From NCBI GenBank assembly GCA_964016885.1, contig CAXHJY010000973.1:434001-498000 (forward strand): a stretch of 64,000 bases of DNA. The letters run 5' to 3'. The notes under the pieces are model-generated. The model was not told the DNA's origin, did not search any database, and saw only the letters and a program-made list of their open reading frames with translations. The first letter of the stretch is position 1, and the number at the start of each line of letters is the position of its first letter. Made by a program: the position numbers and the translations under genes. This stretch comes from Eledone cirrhosa (lineage: Eukaryota). Below are positions 13,501 to 28,500 of the stretch, one piece after another.

Positions 13501-15200
13501 AAACTCCCTGCATCAGTTGCTAGCAGTTGAGACACTGCATCTTTTAAAACCTCTATGGAACAAACTACCTCCATCAGTTGTTAGATGTTGAGACACTGCA
13601 TCCTTTAAAACCTCCATGGAACAAACTACCTGCATCAGTTGTTACCTGTTGAGACACTGCATCCTTTAAAACCTCCATGGAACAAACTATCTGCATCAGT
13701 TGTTAGCTGCTGAGACACTGCATCCTTTAAAACCTCCATGGAACAAACTACCTTCATCAGTTGTTACCTGTCGATACACTGCATCCTTTAAAACCTCGAT
13801 GGAACAAACTACCTTCATCAGTTGTTAGCTGACGAGACACTGCATCCTTTAAAACCTCCATGGAACAAACTACCCGCATCAGTTGTTAGCTGTCGAGACA
13901 CTGCATCCTTTAAAACCTCCATGGAACAAACTACCTGCATCAGTTGTTAGCTGTCCAGACACTGCATCGTTTAAAACCTCGATGGAACAAACTACCTTCA
14001 TCAGTTGTTAGCTGCTGAGACACTGCATCCTTTAAAACCTCCATGGAACAAACTACCTTCATCAGTTGTTAGCTGCTGAGACACTGCATCCTTTAAAACC
14101 GCCATGGAACAAACTACCTCCATCAGTTGTTAGCTGTTGAGACACTGCATCCTTTAAAACCTCCATGGAACAAACTACCTTCATCAGTTGTTAGCTGTCG
14201 AGACATTGCATTCTTTAAAACCTCCATGGAACAAACTACCTCCATCAGTTGTTAGCTGTTGAGACATTGCATCCTTTAAAACCTCTATGGAACAAACTAC
14301 CTCCATCAGTTGTTAGCTGTTGAGACACTGCATCCTTTAAAACCTCCGTGGAAAAAACTCCCTGCATCAGTTGCTAGTAGTTGAGACACTGAATCTTTTA
14401 AAACCTCCATGGAACAAACTACCTGCATCAGTTCTTAGCTGTTGACACGTTGCATCCTTTAAAACTTCTATGGAACAAACTACCTCCATCAGTTGTTAGC
14501 TATTGAGACACTGCATCCTTTAAAACCTCCATGGAACAAACTACCTGCATCAGTTGTTACCTGTTGAGACACTGCATCCTTTAAAACCTCTATGGAACAA
14601 ACTATCTGCATCAGTTGTTAGCTGCTGAGACACTGCATCCTTTAAAACCTCCATGGAACAAACTACCTGCATCAGTTGTTAGCTGTTGAGACATTGCATC
14701 CTTTAAAACCTCTATGGAACAAACTACCTCCATCAGTTGTTAGCTGTTGAGACACTGCATCCTTTAAAATCTCCATGGAACAAACTACCTGCATCAAGTG
14801 TTAGCTGCTGAGACACTGCATCCTTTAAAACCTCCATGGAAAAAACTACCTTCATCAGTTGTTAGCTGTCCAGAGACTGCATCCTTTAAAACCTCCATGG
14901 AACAAACTACCTTCATCAGTTGTTACCTGTCGATACACTGCATCCTTTAAAACCTCCATGGAACAAACTACCTGCATCAGTTGTTAGCTGTTGAGACATT
15001 GCATCCTTTAAAACCTCTATGGAACAAACTACCTCCATCAGTTGTTAGCTGTTGAGACACTGCATCCTTTAAAACCTCCATGGAACAATCTACCTGCATC
15101 AGTGGTTACCTGTTGAGACACTGCATCCTTTAAAACCTCTATGGAACAAACTACCTCCATCAGTTGTTAGCTGTTGAGACACTGCATCCTTTAAAACCTC
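2760..15200. repeat. Three related copies of a ~2-2.4 kb block (~2.8-5.2 kb, ~10.8-12.5 kb, ~12.9-15.2 kb)
   Basis: AGATGTTG at 3462, 11023 and 13585. GCTATTGAG at 4440, 11818 and 14502. GGAGAAAAC at 3132 and 13255 (offset 10,123 = 166x61 minus 3, matching the three intervening deletions). Confidence 0.75.
7565..8365. repeat. Cluster of three 60-bp deletion monomers (ACCTGCGACACACTGC), two of them in a 121-bp tandem dimer duplication
   Basis: The same 1-bp deletion plus substitution (relative to ACCTGTCGATACAC) occurs at ~7674, ~7795 and ~8343. The array phase slips by one base at each site. Confidence 0.9.
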
Positions 15201-15709
15201 CACGGAACAAACTACCTGCATCAGTTGTTACCTGTTGAGACACTGCATCCTTTAAAACCTCCGTGGAAAAAACTCCCTGCATCAGTTGTTAGCAGTTGAG
15301 ACACTGAATCTTTTAAAACCTCCATGGAACAAACTATTTGCATCAGTTGTTAGCTGTTGAGGCACTGCATCCTTTAAAACCTCCGTGGAAAAAACTCCCT
15401 GCATCAGTTGCTAGTAGTTGAGACACTGAATCTTTTAAAACCTCCATGGAACAAACTACCTGCATCAGTTCTTAGCTGTTGACACGTTGCATCCTTTAAA
15501 ACCTCTATGGAACAAACTACCTCCATCAGTTGTTAGCTGTTGAGACACTGCATCCTTTAAAACCTCCATGGAACAAACTACCTTCATCAGTTGTTACCTG
15601 TCGATACACGGCATCCTTTAAAACCTCCATGGAACAAACTACCTGCATCAGTTGTTAGCTGTTGAGACTCTGCATCCTTTAAAACCTCCATGGAACAAAC
15701 TACCTGCAT

Positions 15710-18700
15710 CAGTTGTTAGCTGTCCAGACACTGCATCCTTTAAAACCTCCATGGAACAAACTACCTGCATCAGTTGTTAGCTGTCAAGACACTGCAGCCT
15801 TTAAAATCTCCATGGAACAAACTACCTTCATCAGTTGTTAGCTGTTGAGACACTGCATCCTTTAAAACCTCCATGGAAAAAACTACCAGCATCAGTTGTT
15901 AGCTGTCCAGACACTGCATCCTTTAAAACCTCCATGCAACAAACTACCTTCATCAGTTGTTAGTTGTCCAGAGACTGCATCCTTTAAAACCTCCATGGAA
16001 CAAACTACCTGCATCAGTTGTAAGTTGTCGAGACACTGCATCCTTTAAAACCTCCATGGAACAAATTACCTGCATCAGTTGTTAGCTGTCGAGACACTGC
16101 ATCCTTTAAAACCTCTATGGAACAAACTACCTCCATCAGTTGTTAGCTGTTGAGACACTGCATCCTTTAAAACCTCCGTGGAAAAAACTCCCTGCATCAG
16201 TTGCTAGCAGTTGAGACACTGCATCTTTTAAAACCTCTATGGAACAAACTACCTCCATCAGTTGTTAGATGTTGAGACACTGCATCCTTTAAAACCTCCA
16301 TGGAACAAACTACCTGCATCAGTTGTTACCTGTTGAGACACTGTATCCTTTAAAACCTCCATGGAACAAACTATCTGCATCAGTTGTTAGCTGTTGAGAC
16401 ACTGCATCCTTTAAAACCTCCATGGAACAAACTACCTGCATCAGTTGTTACCTGTTGAGACACTGTATCCTTTAAAACCTCCATGGAACAAACTACCTTC
16501 ATGAGTTGTTACCTGTCGATACACTGCATCCTTTAAAACCTCGATGGAACAAACTACCTACATCAGTTGTTAGCTGGCGAGACACTGTATCCTTTAAAAC
16601 CTCCATGGAACAAACTACCTGCATCAGTTCTTAGCTGTTGACACGTTGCATCCTTTAAAACCTCTATGGAACAAACTACCTCCATCAGTTGTTAGCTGTT
16701 GAGACACTGCATCCTTTAAAACCTCCATGGAACAAACTACCTGCATCAGTTGTTACCTGTTGAGACACTGCATCCTTTAAAACCTCCATGGAACAAACTA
16801 CCTGCATCAGTTGTTAGCTGTCGAGACACTGCATCCTTTAAAACCTCCATGGAACAAACTACCTGCATCAGTTGTTAGCTGTCCAGACACTGCATCCTTT
16901 AAAACCTCGATGGAACAAACTACCTTCATCAGTTGTTAGCTGCTGAGACACTGCATCCTTTAAAACCTCCATGGAACAAACTACCTTCATCAGTTGTTAG
17001 CTGCTGAGACACTGCATCCTTTAAAACCGCCATGGAACAAACTACCTACATCAGTTGTTAGCTGTTGAGACATGGCATCCATTGAAACCTCTCTGGAACA
17101 AACTACCTCCATCAGTTGTTAGCTGTTGAGACACTGCATTCTTTAAAACCTCCATGGAACAAACTACCTGCATCAGTTCTTAGCTGTTGACACGTTGCAT
17201 CCTTTAAAACTTCTATGGAACAAACTACCTCCATCAGTTGTTAGCTGTTGAGACACTGCATCCTTTAAAACCTCCATGGAACAAACTACCTGCATCAGTT
17301 GTTACCTGTTGAGACACTGCATCCTTTAAAACCTCTATGGAGCAAACTATCTGCATCAGTTGTTAGCTGCTGAGACACTGCATCCTTTAAAACCTCCATG
17401 GAACAAACTACCTGCATCAGTTGTTACCTGTTGAGACACTGCATCCTTTAAAACCTCTATGGAGCAAACTATCTGCATCAGTTGTTAGCTGCTGAGACAC
17501 TGCATCCTTTAAAACCTCCATGGAACAAACTACCTGCATCAGTTGTTAGCTGTTGAGACACTGCATCCTTTAAAACCTCCATGGAACAAACTACCTGCAT
17601 CAGTTGTTAGCTGTAGAGACACTGCATCCTTTAAAACCTCCATGGAACAAACTACCTTCATCAGTTGTTAGCTGCTGAGACACTGCATCCTTTAAAACCG
17701 CCATGGAACAAACTACCTTCATCAGTTGTTAGCTGCTGAGACACTGCATCCTTTAAAACCTCCATGGAACAAACTACCTGCATCAGTTGTTAGCTGTTGA
17801 GACATTGCATCCTTTAAAACCTCTATGGAACAAACTACCTCCATCAGTTGTTAGCTGTTGAGACACTGCATCCTTTAAAACCTCTATGGAACAAACTACA
17901 TCCATCAGTTGTTAGCTGTTGAGACACTGCATCCTTTAAAACCTCCGTGGAAAAAACTCCCTGCATCAGTTGCTAGCAGTTGAGACACTGAATCTTTTAA
18001 AACCTCCATGGAACAAACTACCTACATCAGTTGTTAGCTGTTGAGACACTGCATCCTTTAAAACCTCCGTGGAAAAAACTCCCTGCATCAGTTGCTAGTA
18101 GTTGAGACACTGCATCCTTTAAAACCTCCATGGAACAAACTACCTTCATCAGTTGTTACCTGTCGATACACGGCATCCTTTAAAACCTCCATGGAACAAA
18201 CTACCTGCATCAGTTGTTAGCTGTTGAGACACTGCATCCTTTAAAACCTCCATGTAACAAACTACCTGCATCAGTTGTTAGCTGCTGAGACACTGCAGCC
18301 TTTAAAATCTCCATGGAACAAACTACCTTCATCAGTTGTTACCTGTCGAGACACTGCATCCTTTAAAACCTCGATGGAACAAACTACCTTCATCAGTTGT
18401 TAGCTGACGAGACACTGTATCCTTTAAAACCTCCATGGAACAAACTACCTTCATCAGTTGTTAGCTGTAGAGACACTGCATCCTTTAAAACCTCCATGGA
18501 ACAAACTACCTGCATCAGTTCTTACCTGTTGAGACACTGCATCCTTTAAAACCTCCATGGAACAAACTACCTGCATCAGTTCTTAGCTGTTGACACGTTG
18601 CATCCTTTAAAACCTCTATGGAACAAACTACCTCCATCAGTTGATAGCTGTTGAGACACTGCATCCTATAAAATCTCCATGGAACAAACTACCTGCATCA

Positions 18701-21700
18701 GTTCTTACCTGTTGAGACACTGCATCCTTTAAAACCTCCATGGAACAAACTACCTGCATCAGTTGTTAGCTGTCCAGACACTGCATCCTTTAAAACCTCC
18801 ATGGAACAAACTACCTTCATCAGTTGTTAGCTGCTGAGACACTGCATCCTTTAAAACCGCCATGGAACAAACTACCTACATCAGTTGTTAGCTGTTGAGA
18901 CATGGCATCCATTAAAACCTCTCTGGAACAAACTACCTCCATCAGTTGTTAGCTGTTGAGACACTGCATCCTTTAAAACCTCCATGGAACAAACTACCTT
19001 CATCAGTTGTTAGCTGTCCAGACACTGCATCCTTTAAAACCTCCATGGAACAAACTACCTGCATCAGTTGTTAGCTGTCAAGACACTGCAGCCTTTAAAA
19101 TCTCCATGGAACAAACTACCTTCATCAGTTGTTAGCTGTTGAGACACTGCATCCTTTAAAACCTCCATGGAAAAAACTACCAGCATCAGTTGTTAGCTGT
19201 CCAGACACTGCATCCTTTAAAACCTCCATGGAACAAATTACCTGCATCAGTTGTTAGCTGTCGAGACACTGCATCCTTTAAAACCTCTATGGAACAAACT
19301 ACCTCCATCAGTTGTTAGCTGTTGAGACACTGCATCCTTTAAAACCTCCGTGGAAAAAACTCCCTGCATCAGTTGCTAGCAGTTGAGACACTGCATCTTT
19401 TAAAACCTCTATGGAACAAACTACCTCCATCAGTTGTTAGATGTTGAGACACTGCATCCTTTAAAACCTCCATGGAACAAACTACCTGCATCAGTTGTTA
19501 CCTGTTGAGACACTGCATCCTTTAAAACCTCCATGGAACAAACTATCTGCATCAGTTGTTAGCTGTTGAGACACTGCATCCTTTAAAACCTCCATGGAAC
19601 AAACTACCTGCATCAGTTGTTACCTGTTGAGACACTGTATCCTTTAAAACCTCCATGGAACAAACTACCTTCATGAGTTGTTACCTGTCGATACACTGCA
19701 TCCTTTAAAACCTCGATGGAACAAACTACCTTCATCAGTTGTTAGCTGGCGAGACACTGTATCCTTTAAAACCTCCATGGAACAAACTACCTGCATCAGT
19801 TCTTAGCTGTTGACACGTTGCATCCTTTAAAACCTCTATGGAACAAACTACCTCCATCAGTTGTTAGCTGTTGAGACACTGCATCCTTTAAAACCTCCAT
19901 GGAACAAACTACCTGCATCAGTTGTTACCTGTTGAGACACTGCATCCTTTAAAACCTCCATGGAACAAACTACCTGCATCAGTTGTTAGCTGTCGAGACA
20001 CTGCATCCTTTAAAACCTCCATGGAACAAACTACCTGCATCAGTTGTTAGCTGTCCAGACACTGCATCCTTTAAAACCTCGATGGAACAAACTACCTTCA
20101 TCAGTTGTTAGCTGCTGAGACACTGCATCCTTTAAAACCTCCATGGAACAAACTACCTTCATCAGTTGTTAGCTGCTGAGACACTGCATCCTTTAAAACC
20201 GCCATGGAACAAACTACCTACATCAGTTGTTAGCTGTTGAGACATGGCATCCATTAAAACCTCTCTGGAACAAACTACCTCCATCAGTTGTTAGCTGTTG
20301 AGACACTGCATTCTTTAAAACCTCCATGGAACAAACTACCTGCATCAGTTCTTAGCTGTTGACACGTTGCATCCTTTAAAACTTCTATGGAACAAACTAC
20401 CTCCATCAGTTGTTAGCTGTTGAGACACTGCATCCTTTAAAACCTCCATGGAACAAACTACCTGCATCAGTTGTTACCTGTTGAGACACTGCATCCTTTA
20501 AAACCTCTATGGAGCAAACTATCTGCATCAGTTGTTAGCTGCTGAGACACTGCATCCTTTAAAACCTCCATGGAACAAACTACCTGCATCAGTTGTTACC
20601 TGTTGAGACACTGCATCCTTTAAAACCTCTATGGAGCAAACTATCTGCATCAGTTGTTAGCTGCTGAGACACTGCATCCTTTAAAACCTCCATGGAACAA
20701 ACTACCTGCATCAGTTGTTAGCTGTTGAGACACTGCATCCTTTAAAACCTCCATGGAACAAACTACCTGCATCAGTTGTTAGCTGTAGAGACACTGCATC
20801 CTTTAAAACCTCCATGGAACAAACTACCTTCATCAGTTGTTAGCTGCTGAGACACTGCATCCTTTAAAACCGCCATGGAACAAACTACCTTCATCAGTTG
20901 TTAGCTGCTGAGACACTGCATCCTTTAAAACCTCCATGGAACAAACTACCTGCATCAGTTGTTAGCTGTTGAGACATTGCATCCTTTAAAACCTCTATGG
21001 AACAAACTACCTCCATCAGTTGTTAGCTGTTGAGACACTGCATCCTTTAAAACCTCTATGGAACAAACTACATCCATCAGTTGTTAGCTGTTGAGACACT
21101 GCATCCTTTAAAACCTCCGTGGAAAAAACTCCCTGCATCAGTTGCTAGCAGTTGAGACACTGAATCTTTTAAAACCTCCATGGAACAAACTACCTACATC
21201 AGTTGTTAGCTGTTGAGACACTGCATCCTTTAAAACCTCCGTGGAAAAATCTCCCTGCATCAGTTGCTAGTAGTTGAGACACTGCATCCTTTAAAACCTC
21301 CATGGAACAAACTACCTTCATCAGTTGTTACCTGTCGATACACGGCATCCTTTAAAACCTCCATGGAACAAACTACCTGCATCAGTTGTTAGCTGTTGAG
21401 ACACTGCATCCTTTAAAACCTCCATGTAACAAACTACCTGCATCAGTTGTTAGCTGCTGAGACACTGCAGCCTTTAAAATCTCCATGGAACAAACTACCT
21501 TCATCAGTTGTTACCTGTCGAGACACTGCATCCTTTAAAACCTCGATGGAACAAACTACCTTCATCAGTTGTTAGCTGACGAGACACTGTATCCTTTAAA
21601 ACCTCCATGGAACAAACTACCTTCATCAGTTGTTAGCTGTAGAGACACTGCATCCTTTAAAACCTCCATGGAACAAACTACCTGCATCAGTTCTTACCTG

Positions 21701-24700
21701 TTGAGACACTGCATCCTTTAAAACCTCCATGGAACAAACTACCTGCATCAGTTCTTAGCTGTTGACACGTTGCATCCTTTAAAACCTCTATGGAACAAAC
21801 TACCTCCATCAGTTGATAGCTGTTGAGACACTGCATCCTATAAAATCTCCATGGAACAAACTACCTGCATCAGTTCTTACCTGTTGAGACACTGCATCCT
21901 TTAAAACCTCCATGGAACAAACTACCTGCATCAGTTGTTAGCTGTCCAGACACTGCATCCTTTAAAACCTCCATGGAACAAACTACCTTCATCAGTTGTT
22001 AGCTGCTGAGACACTGCATCCTTTAAAACCGCCATGGAACAAACTACCTACATCAGTTGTTAGCTGTTGAGACATGGCATCCATTAAAACCTCTCTGGAA
22101 CAAACTACCTCCATCAGTTGTTAGCTGTTGAGACACTGCATCCTTTAAAACCTCCATGGAACAAACTACCTTCATCAGTTGTTAGCTGTCCAGACACTGC
22201 ATCCTTTAAAACCTCCATGGAACAAACTACCTGCATCAGTTGTTAGCTGTCAAGACACTGCAGCCTTTAAAATCTCCATGGAACAAACTACCTTCATCAG
22301 TTGTTAGCTGTTGAGACACTGCATCCTTTAAAACCTCCATGGAAAAAACTACCAGCATCAGTTGTTAGCTGTCCAGACACTGCATCCTTTAAAACCTCCA
22401 TGCAACAAACTACCTTCATCAGTTGTTAGTTGTCCAGAGACTGCATCCTTTAAAACCTCCATGGAACAAACTACCTGCATCAGTTGTAAGTTGTCGAGAC
22501 ACTGCATCCTTTAAAACCTCCATGGAACAAATTACCTGCATCAGTTGTTAGCTGTCGAGACACTGCATCCTTTAAAACCTCTATGGAACAAACTACCTCC
22601 ATCAGTTGTTAGCTGTTGAGACACTGCATCCTTTAAAACCTCCGTGGAAAAAACTCCCTGCATCAGTTGCTAGCAGTTGAGACACTGCATCTTTTAAAAC
22701 CTCTATGGAACAAACTACCTCCATCAGTTGTTAGATGTTGAGACACTGCATCCTTTAAAACCTCCATGGAACAAACTACCTGCATCAGTTGTTACCTGTT
22801 GAGACACTGCATCCTTTAAAACCTCCATGGAACAAACTATCTGCATCAGTTGTTAGCTGTTGAGACACTGCATCCTTTAAAACCTCCATGGAACAAACTA
22901 CCTGCATCAGTTGTTACCTGTTGAGACACTGTATCCTTTAAAACCTCCATGGAACAAACTACCTTCATGAGTTGTTACCTGTCGATACACTGCATCCTTT
23001 AAAACCTCGATGGAACAAACTACCTTCATCAGTTGTTAGCTGGCGAGACACTGTATCCTTTAAAACCTCCATGGAACAAACTACCTGCATCAGTTCTTAG
23101 CTGTTGACACGTTGCATCCTTTAAAACCTCTATGGAACAAACTACCTCCATCAGTTGTTAGCTGTTGAGACACTGCATCCTTTAAAACCTCCATGGAACA
23201 AACTACCTGCATCAGTTGTTACCTGTTGAGACACTGCATCCTTTAAAACCTCCATGGAACAAACTACCTGCATCAGTTGTTAGCTGTCGAGACACTGCAT
23301 CCTTTAAAACCTCCATGGAACAAACTACCTGCATCAGTTGTTAGCTGTCCAGACACTGCATCCTTTAAAACCTCGATGGAACAAACTACCTTCATCAGTT
23401 GTTAGCTGCTGAGACACTGCATCCTTTAAAACCTCCATGGAACAAACTACCTTCATCAGTTGTTAGCTGCTGAGACACTGCATCCTTTAAAACCGCCATG
23501 GAACAAACTACCTACATCAGTTGTTAGCTGTTGAGACATGGCATCCATTAAAACCTCTCTGGAACAAACTACCTCCATCAGTTGTTAGCTGTTGAGACAC
23601 TGCATTCTTTAAAACCTCCATGGAACAAACTACCTGCATCAGTTCTTAGCTGTTGACACGTTGCATCCTTTAAAACTTCTATGGAACAAACTACCTCCAT
23701 CAGTTGTTAGCTGTTGAGACACTGCATCCTTTAAAACCTCCATGGAACAAACTACCTGCATCAGTTGTTACCTGTTGAGACACTGCATCCTTTAAAACCT
23801 CTATGGAGCAAACTATCTGCATCAGTTGTTAGCTGCTGAGACACTGCATCCTTTAAAACCTCCATGGAACAAACTACCTGCATCAGTTGTTACCTGTTGA
23901 GACACTGCATCCTTTAAAACCTCTATGGAGCAAACTATCTGCATCAGTTGTTAGCTGCTGAGACACTGCATCCTTTAAAACCTCCATGGAACAAACTACC
24001 TGCATCAGTTGTTAGCTGTTGAGACACTGCATCCTTTAAAACCTCCATGGAACAAACTACCTGCATCAGTTGTTAGCTGTAGAGACACTGCATCCTTTAA
24101 AACCTCCATGGAACAAACTACCTTCATCAGTTGTTAGCTGCTGAGACACTGCATCCTTTAAAACCGCCATGGAACAAACTACCTTCATCAGTTGTTAGCT
24201 GCTGAGACACTGCATCCTTTAAAACCTCCATGGAACAAACTACCTGCATCAGTTGTTAGCTGTTGAGACATTGCATCCTTTAAAACCTCTATGGAACAAA
24301 CTACCTCCATCAGTTGTTAGCTGTTGAGACACTGCATCCTTTAAAACCTCTATGGAACAAACTACATCCATCAGTTGTTAGCTGTTGAGACACTGCATCC
24401 TTTAAAACCTCCGTGGAAAAAACTCCCTGCATCAGTTGCTAGCAGTTGAGACACTGAATCTTTTAAAACCTCCATGGAACAAACTACCTACATCAGTTGT
24501 TAGCTGTTGAGACACTGCATCCTTTAAAACCTCCGTGGAAAAAACTCCCTGCATCAGTTGCTAGTAGTTGAGACACTGCATCCTTTAAAACCTCCATGGA
24601 ACAAACTACCTTCATCAGTTGTTACCTGTCGATACACGGCATCCTTTAAAACCTCCATGGAACAAACTACCTGCATCAGTTGTTAGCTGTTGAGACACTG

Positions 24701-24915
24701 CATCCTTTAAAACCTCCATGTAACAAACTACCTGCATCAGTTGTTAGCTGCTGAGACACTGCAGCCTTTAAAATCTCCATGGAACAAACTACCTTCATCA
24801 GTTGTTACCTGTCGATACACTGCATCCTTTAAAACCTCGATGGAACAAACTACCTTCATCAGTTGTTAGCTGACGAGACACTGTATCCTTTAAAACCTCC
24901 ATGGAACAAACTACC
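15710..24915. repeat. Tandem higher-order repeat, 54/52 monomers (3,294/3,172 bp), ~2.8 copies
   Basis: ACCAGCATC at 15887, 19181, 22353. TTCATGAG at 16503, 19675, 22969. CATGTAAC at 18255, 21427, 24721. GTTGATAG at 18644, 21816. All spacings are 3,172 or 3,294 bp. Confidence 0.92.
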
Positions 24916-25559
24916 TGCATCAGTTGTTAGCTGTCAAGACACTGCATCCTTTAAAACCTCCATGGAACAAACTACCTGCATCAGTTCTTACCTGTTGAGA
25001 CACTGCATCCTTTAAAACCTCCATGGAACAAACTACCTGCATCAGTTGTTAGCTGTCCAGACACTGCATCCTTTAAAACCTCCATGGAACAAACTACCTT
25101 CATCAGTTGTTAGCTGCTGAGACACTGCATCCTTTAAAACCGCCATGGAACAAACTACCTGCATCAGTTGTTAGCTGTCAAGACACTGCATCCTTTAAAA
25201 CCACCATGGAAAAAACTACCTTCATCAGTTGTTAGCTGTCCAGAGACTGCATCCTTTAAAACCTCCATGGAACAAACTACCTTCATCAGTTGTTACCTGT
25301 CGATACACTGCATCCTTTAAAACCTCCATGGAACAAACTACCTGCATCAGTTGTTAGTTGTTGAGACATTGCATCCTTTAAAACCTCTATGGAACAAACT
25401 ACCTCCATCAGTTGTTAGCTGTTGAGACACTGCATCCTTTAAAACCTCCACGGAACAAACTACCTGCATCAGTTGTTACCTGTTGAGACACTGCATCCTT
25501 TAAAACCTCTATGGAACAAACTACCTACATCAGTTGTTAGCTGTTGAGACACTGCATCC

Positions 25560-28500
25560 TTTAAAACCTCCACGGAACAAACTACCTGCATCAGTTGTTA
25601 CCTGTTGAGACACTGCATCCTTTAAAACCTCCGTGGAAAAAACTCCCTGCATCAGTTGTTAGTAGTTGAGACACTGAATCTTTTAAAACCTCCATGGAAC
25701 AAACTAATTGCATCAGTTGTTAGCTGTTGAGGCACTGCATCCTTTAAAACCTCCGTGGAAAAAACTCCCTGCATCAGTTGCTAGTAGTTGAGACACTGAA
25801 TCTTTTAAAACCTCCATGGAACAAACTACCTGCATCAGTTCTTAGCTGTTGACACGTTGCATCCTTTAAAACCTCTATGGAACAAACTACCTCCATCAGT
25901 TGTTACCTGTCGATACACGGCATCCTTTAAAACCTCCATGGAACAAACTACCTGCATCAGTTGTTAGCTGTTGAGACTCTGCATCCTTTAAAACCTCCAT
26001 GGAACAAACTACCTGCATCTGTTGTTAGCTGTCCAGACACTGCATCCTTTAAAACCTCCATGGAACAAACTACCTGCATCAGTTGTTAGCTGTCAAGACA
26101 CTGCAGCCTTTAAAATCTCCATGGAACAAACTACCTTCATCAGTTGTTAGCTGTTGAGACACTGCATCCTTTAAAACCTCCATGGAAAAAACTACCAGCA
26201 TCAGTTGTTAGCTGTCCAGACACTGCATCCTTTAAAACCTCCATGCAACAAACTACCTTCATCAGTTGTTAGTTGTCCAGAGACTGCATCCTTTAAAACC
26301 TCCATGGAACAAACTACCTGCATCAGTTCTTAGCTGTTGACACGTTGCATCCTTTAAAACCTCTATGGAACAAATTACCTGCATCAGTTGTTAGCTGTCG
26401 AGACACTGCATCCTTTAAAACCTCCATGCAACAAATTACCTGCATCAGTTGTTAGCTGTCGAGACACTGCATCCTTTAAAACCTCTATGGAACAAACTAC
26501 CTCCATCAGTTGTTAGCTGTTGAGACACTGCATCCTTTAAAACCTCCGTGGAAAAAACTCCCTGCATCAGTTGCTAGCAGTTGAGACACTGCATCTTTTA
26601 AAACCTCTATGGAACAAACTACCTCCATCAGTTGTTAGATGTTGAGACACTGCATCCTTTAAAACCTCCATGGAACAAACTACCTGCATCAGTTGTTACC
26701 TGTTGAGACACTGTATCCTTTAAAACCTCCATGGAACAAACTACCTTCATGAGTTGTTACCTGTCCATACACTGCATCCTTTAAAACCTCGATGGAACAA
26801 ACTACCTTCATCAGTTGTTAGCTGACGAGACACTGTATCCTTTAAAACCTCCATGGAACAAACTACCTGCATCAGTTCTTAGCTGTTGACACGTTGCATC
26901 CTTTAAAACCTCTATGGAACAAACTACCTCCATCAGTTGTTAGCTGTTGAGACACTGCATCCTTTAAAACCTCCATGGAACAAACTACCTGCATCAGTTG
27001 TTACCTGTTGAGACACTGCATCCTTTAAAACCTCCATGGAACAAACTACCTGCATCAGTTGTTAGCTGTCGAGACACTGCATCCTTTAAAACCTCCATGG
27101 AACAAACTACCTGCATCAGTTGTTAGCTGTCCAGACACTGCATCCTTTAAAACCTCGATGGAACAAACTACCTTCATCAGTTGTTAGCTGCTGAGACACT
27201 GCATCCTTTAAAACCTCCATGGAACAAACTACCTTCATCAGTTGTTAGCTGCTGAGACACTGCATCCTTTAAAACCGCCATGGAACAAACTACCTACATC
27301 AGTTGTTAGCTGTTGAGACATGGCATCCATTAAAACCTCTCTGGAACAAACTACCTCCATCAGTTGTTAGCTGTTGAGACACTGCATTCTTTAAAACCTC
27401 CATGGAACAAACTACCTGCATCAGTTCTTAGCTGTTGACACGTTGCATCCTTTAAAACTTCTATGGAACAAACTACCTCCATCAGTTGTTAGCTGTTGAG
27501 ACACTGCATCCTTTAAAACCTCCATGGAACAAACTACCTGCATCAGTTGTTACCTGTTGAGACACTGCATCCTTTAAAACCTCTATGGAGCAAACTATCT
27601 GCATCAGTTGTTAGCTGCTGAGACACTGCATCCTTTAAAACCTCCATGGAACAAACTACCTGCATCAGTTGTTAGCTGTTGAGACACTGCATCCTTTAAA
27701 ACCTCCATGGAACAAACTACCTGCATCAGTTGTTAGCTGTCCAGAGACTGCATCCTTTAAAACCTCCATGGAACAAACTACCTTCATCAGTTGTTAGCTG
27801 CTGAGACACTGCATCCTTTAAAACCTCCATGGAACAAACTACCTGCATCAGTTGTTAGCTGTTGAGACACTGCATCCTTTAAAACCTCTATGGAACAAAC
27901 TACATCCATCAGTTGTTAGCTGTTGAGACACTGCATCCTTTAAAACCTCCGTGGAAAAAACTCCCTGCATCAGTTGCTAGCAGTTGAGACACTGAATCTT
28001 TTAAAACCTCCATGGAACAAACTACCTACATCAGTTGTTAGCTGTTGAGACACTGCATCCTTTAAAACCTCCGTGGAAAAAACTCCCTGCATCAGTTGCT
28101 AGTAGTTGAGACACTGCATCCTTTAAAACCTCCATGGAACAAACTACCTTCATCAGTTGTTACCTGTCGATACACGGCATCCTTTAAAACCTCCATGGAA
28201 CAAACTACCTTCATCAGTTGTTACCTGTCGATACACGGCATCCTTTAAAACCTCCATGGAACAAACTACCTGCATCAGTTGTTAGCTGTTGAGACACTGC
28301 ATCCTTTAAAACCTCCATGTAACAAACTACCTGCATCAGTTGTTAGCTGTCAAGACACTGCAGCCTTTAAAATCTCCATGGAACAAACTACCTTCATCAG
28401 TTGTTACCTGTCGATACACTGCATCCTTTAAAACCTCGATGGAACAAACTACCTTCATCAGTTGTTAGCTGACGAGACACTGTATCCTTTAAAACCTCCA

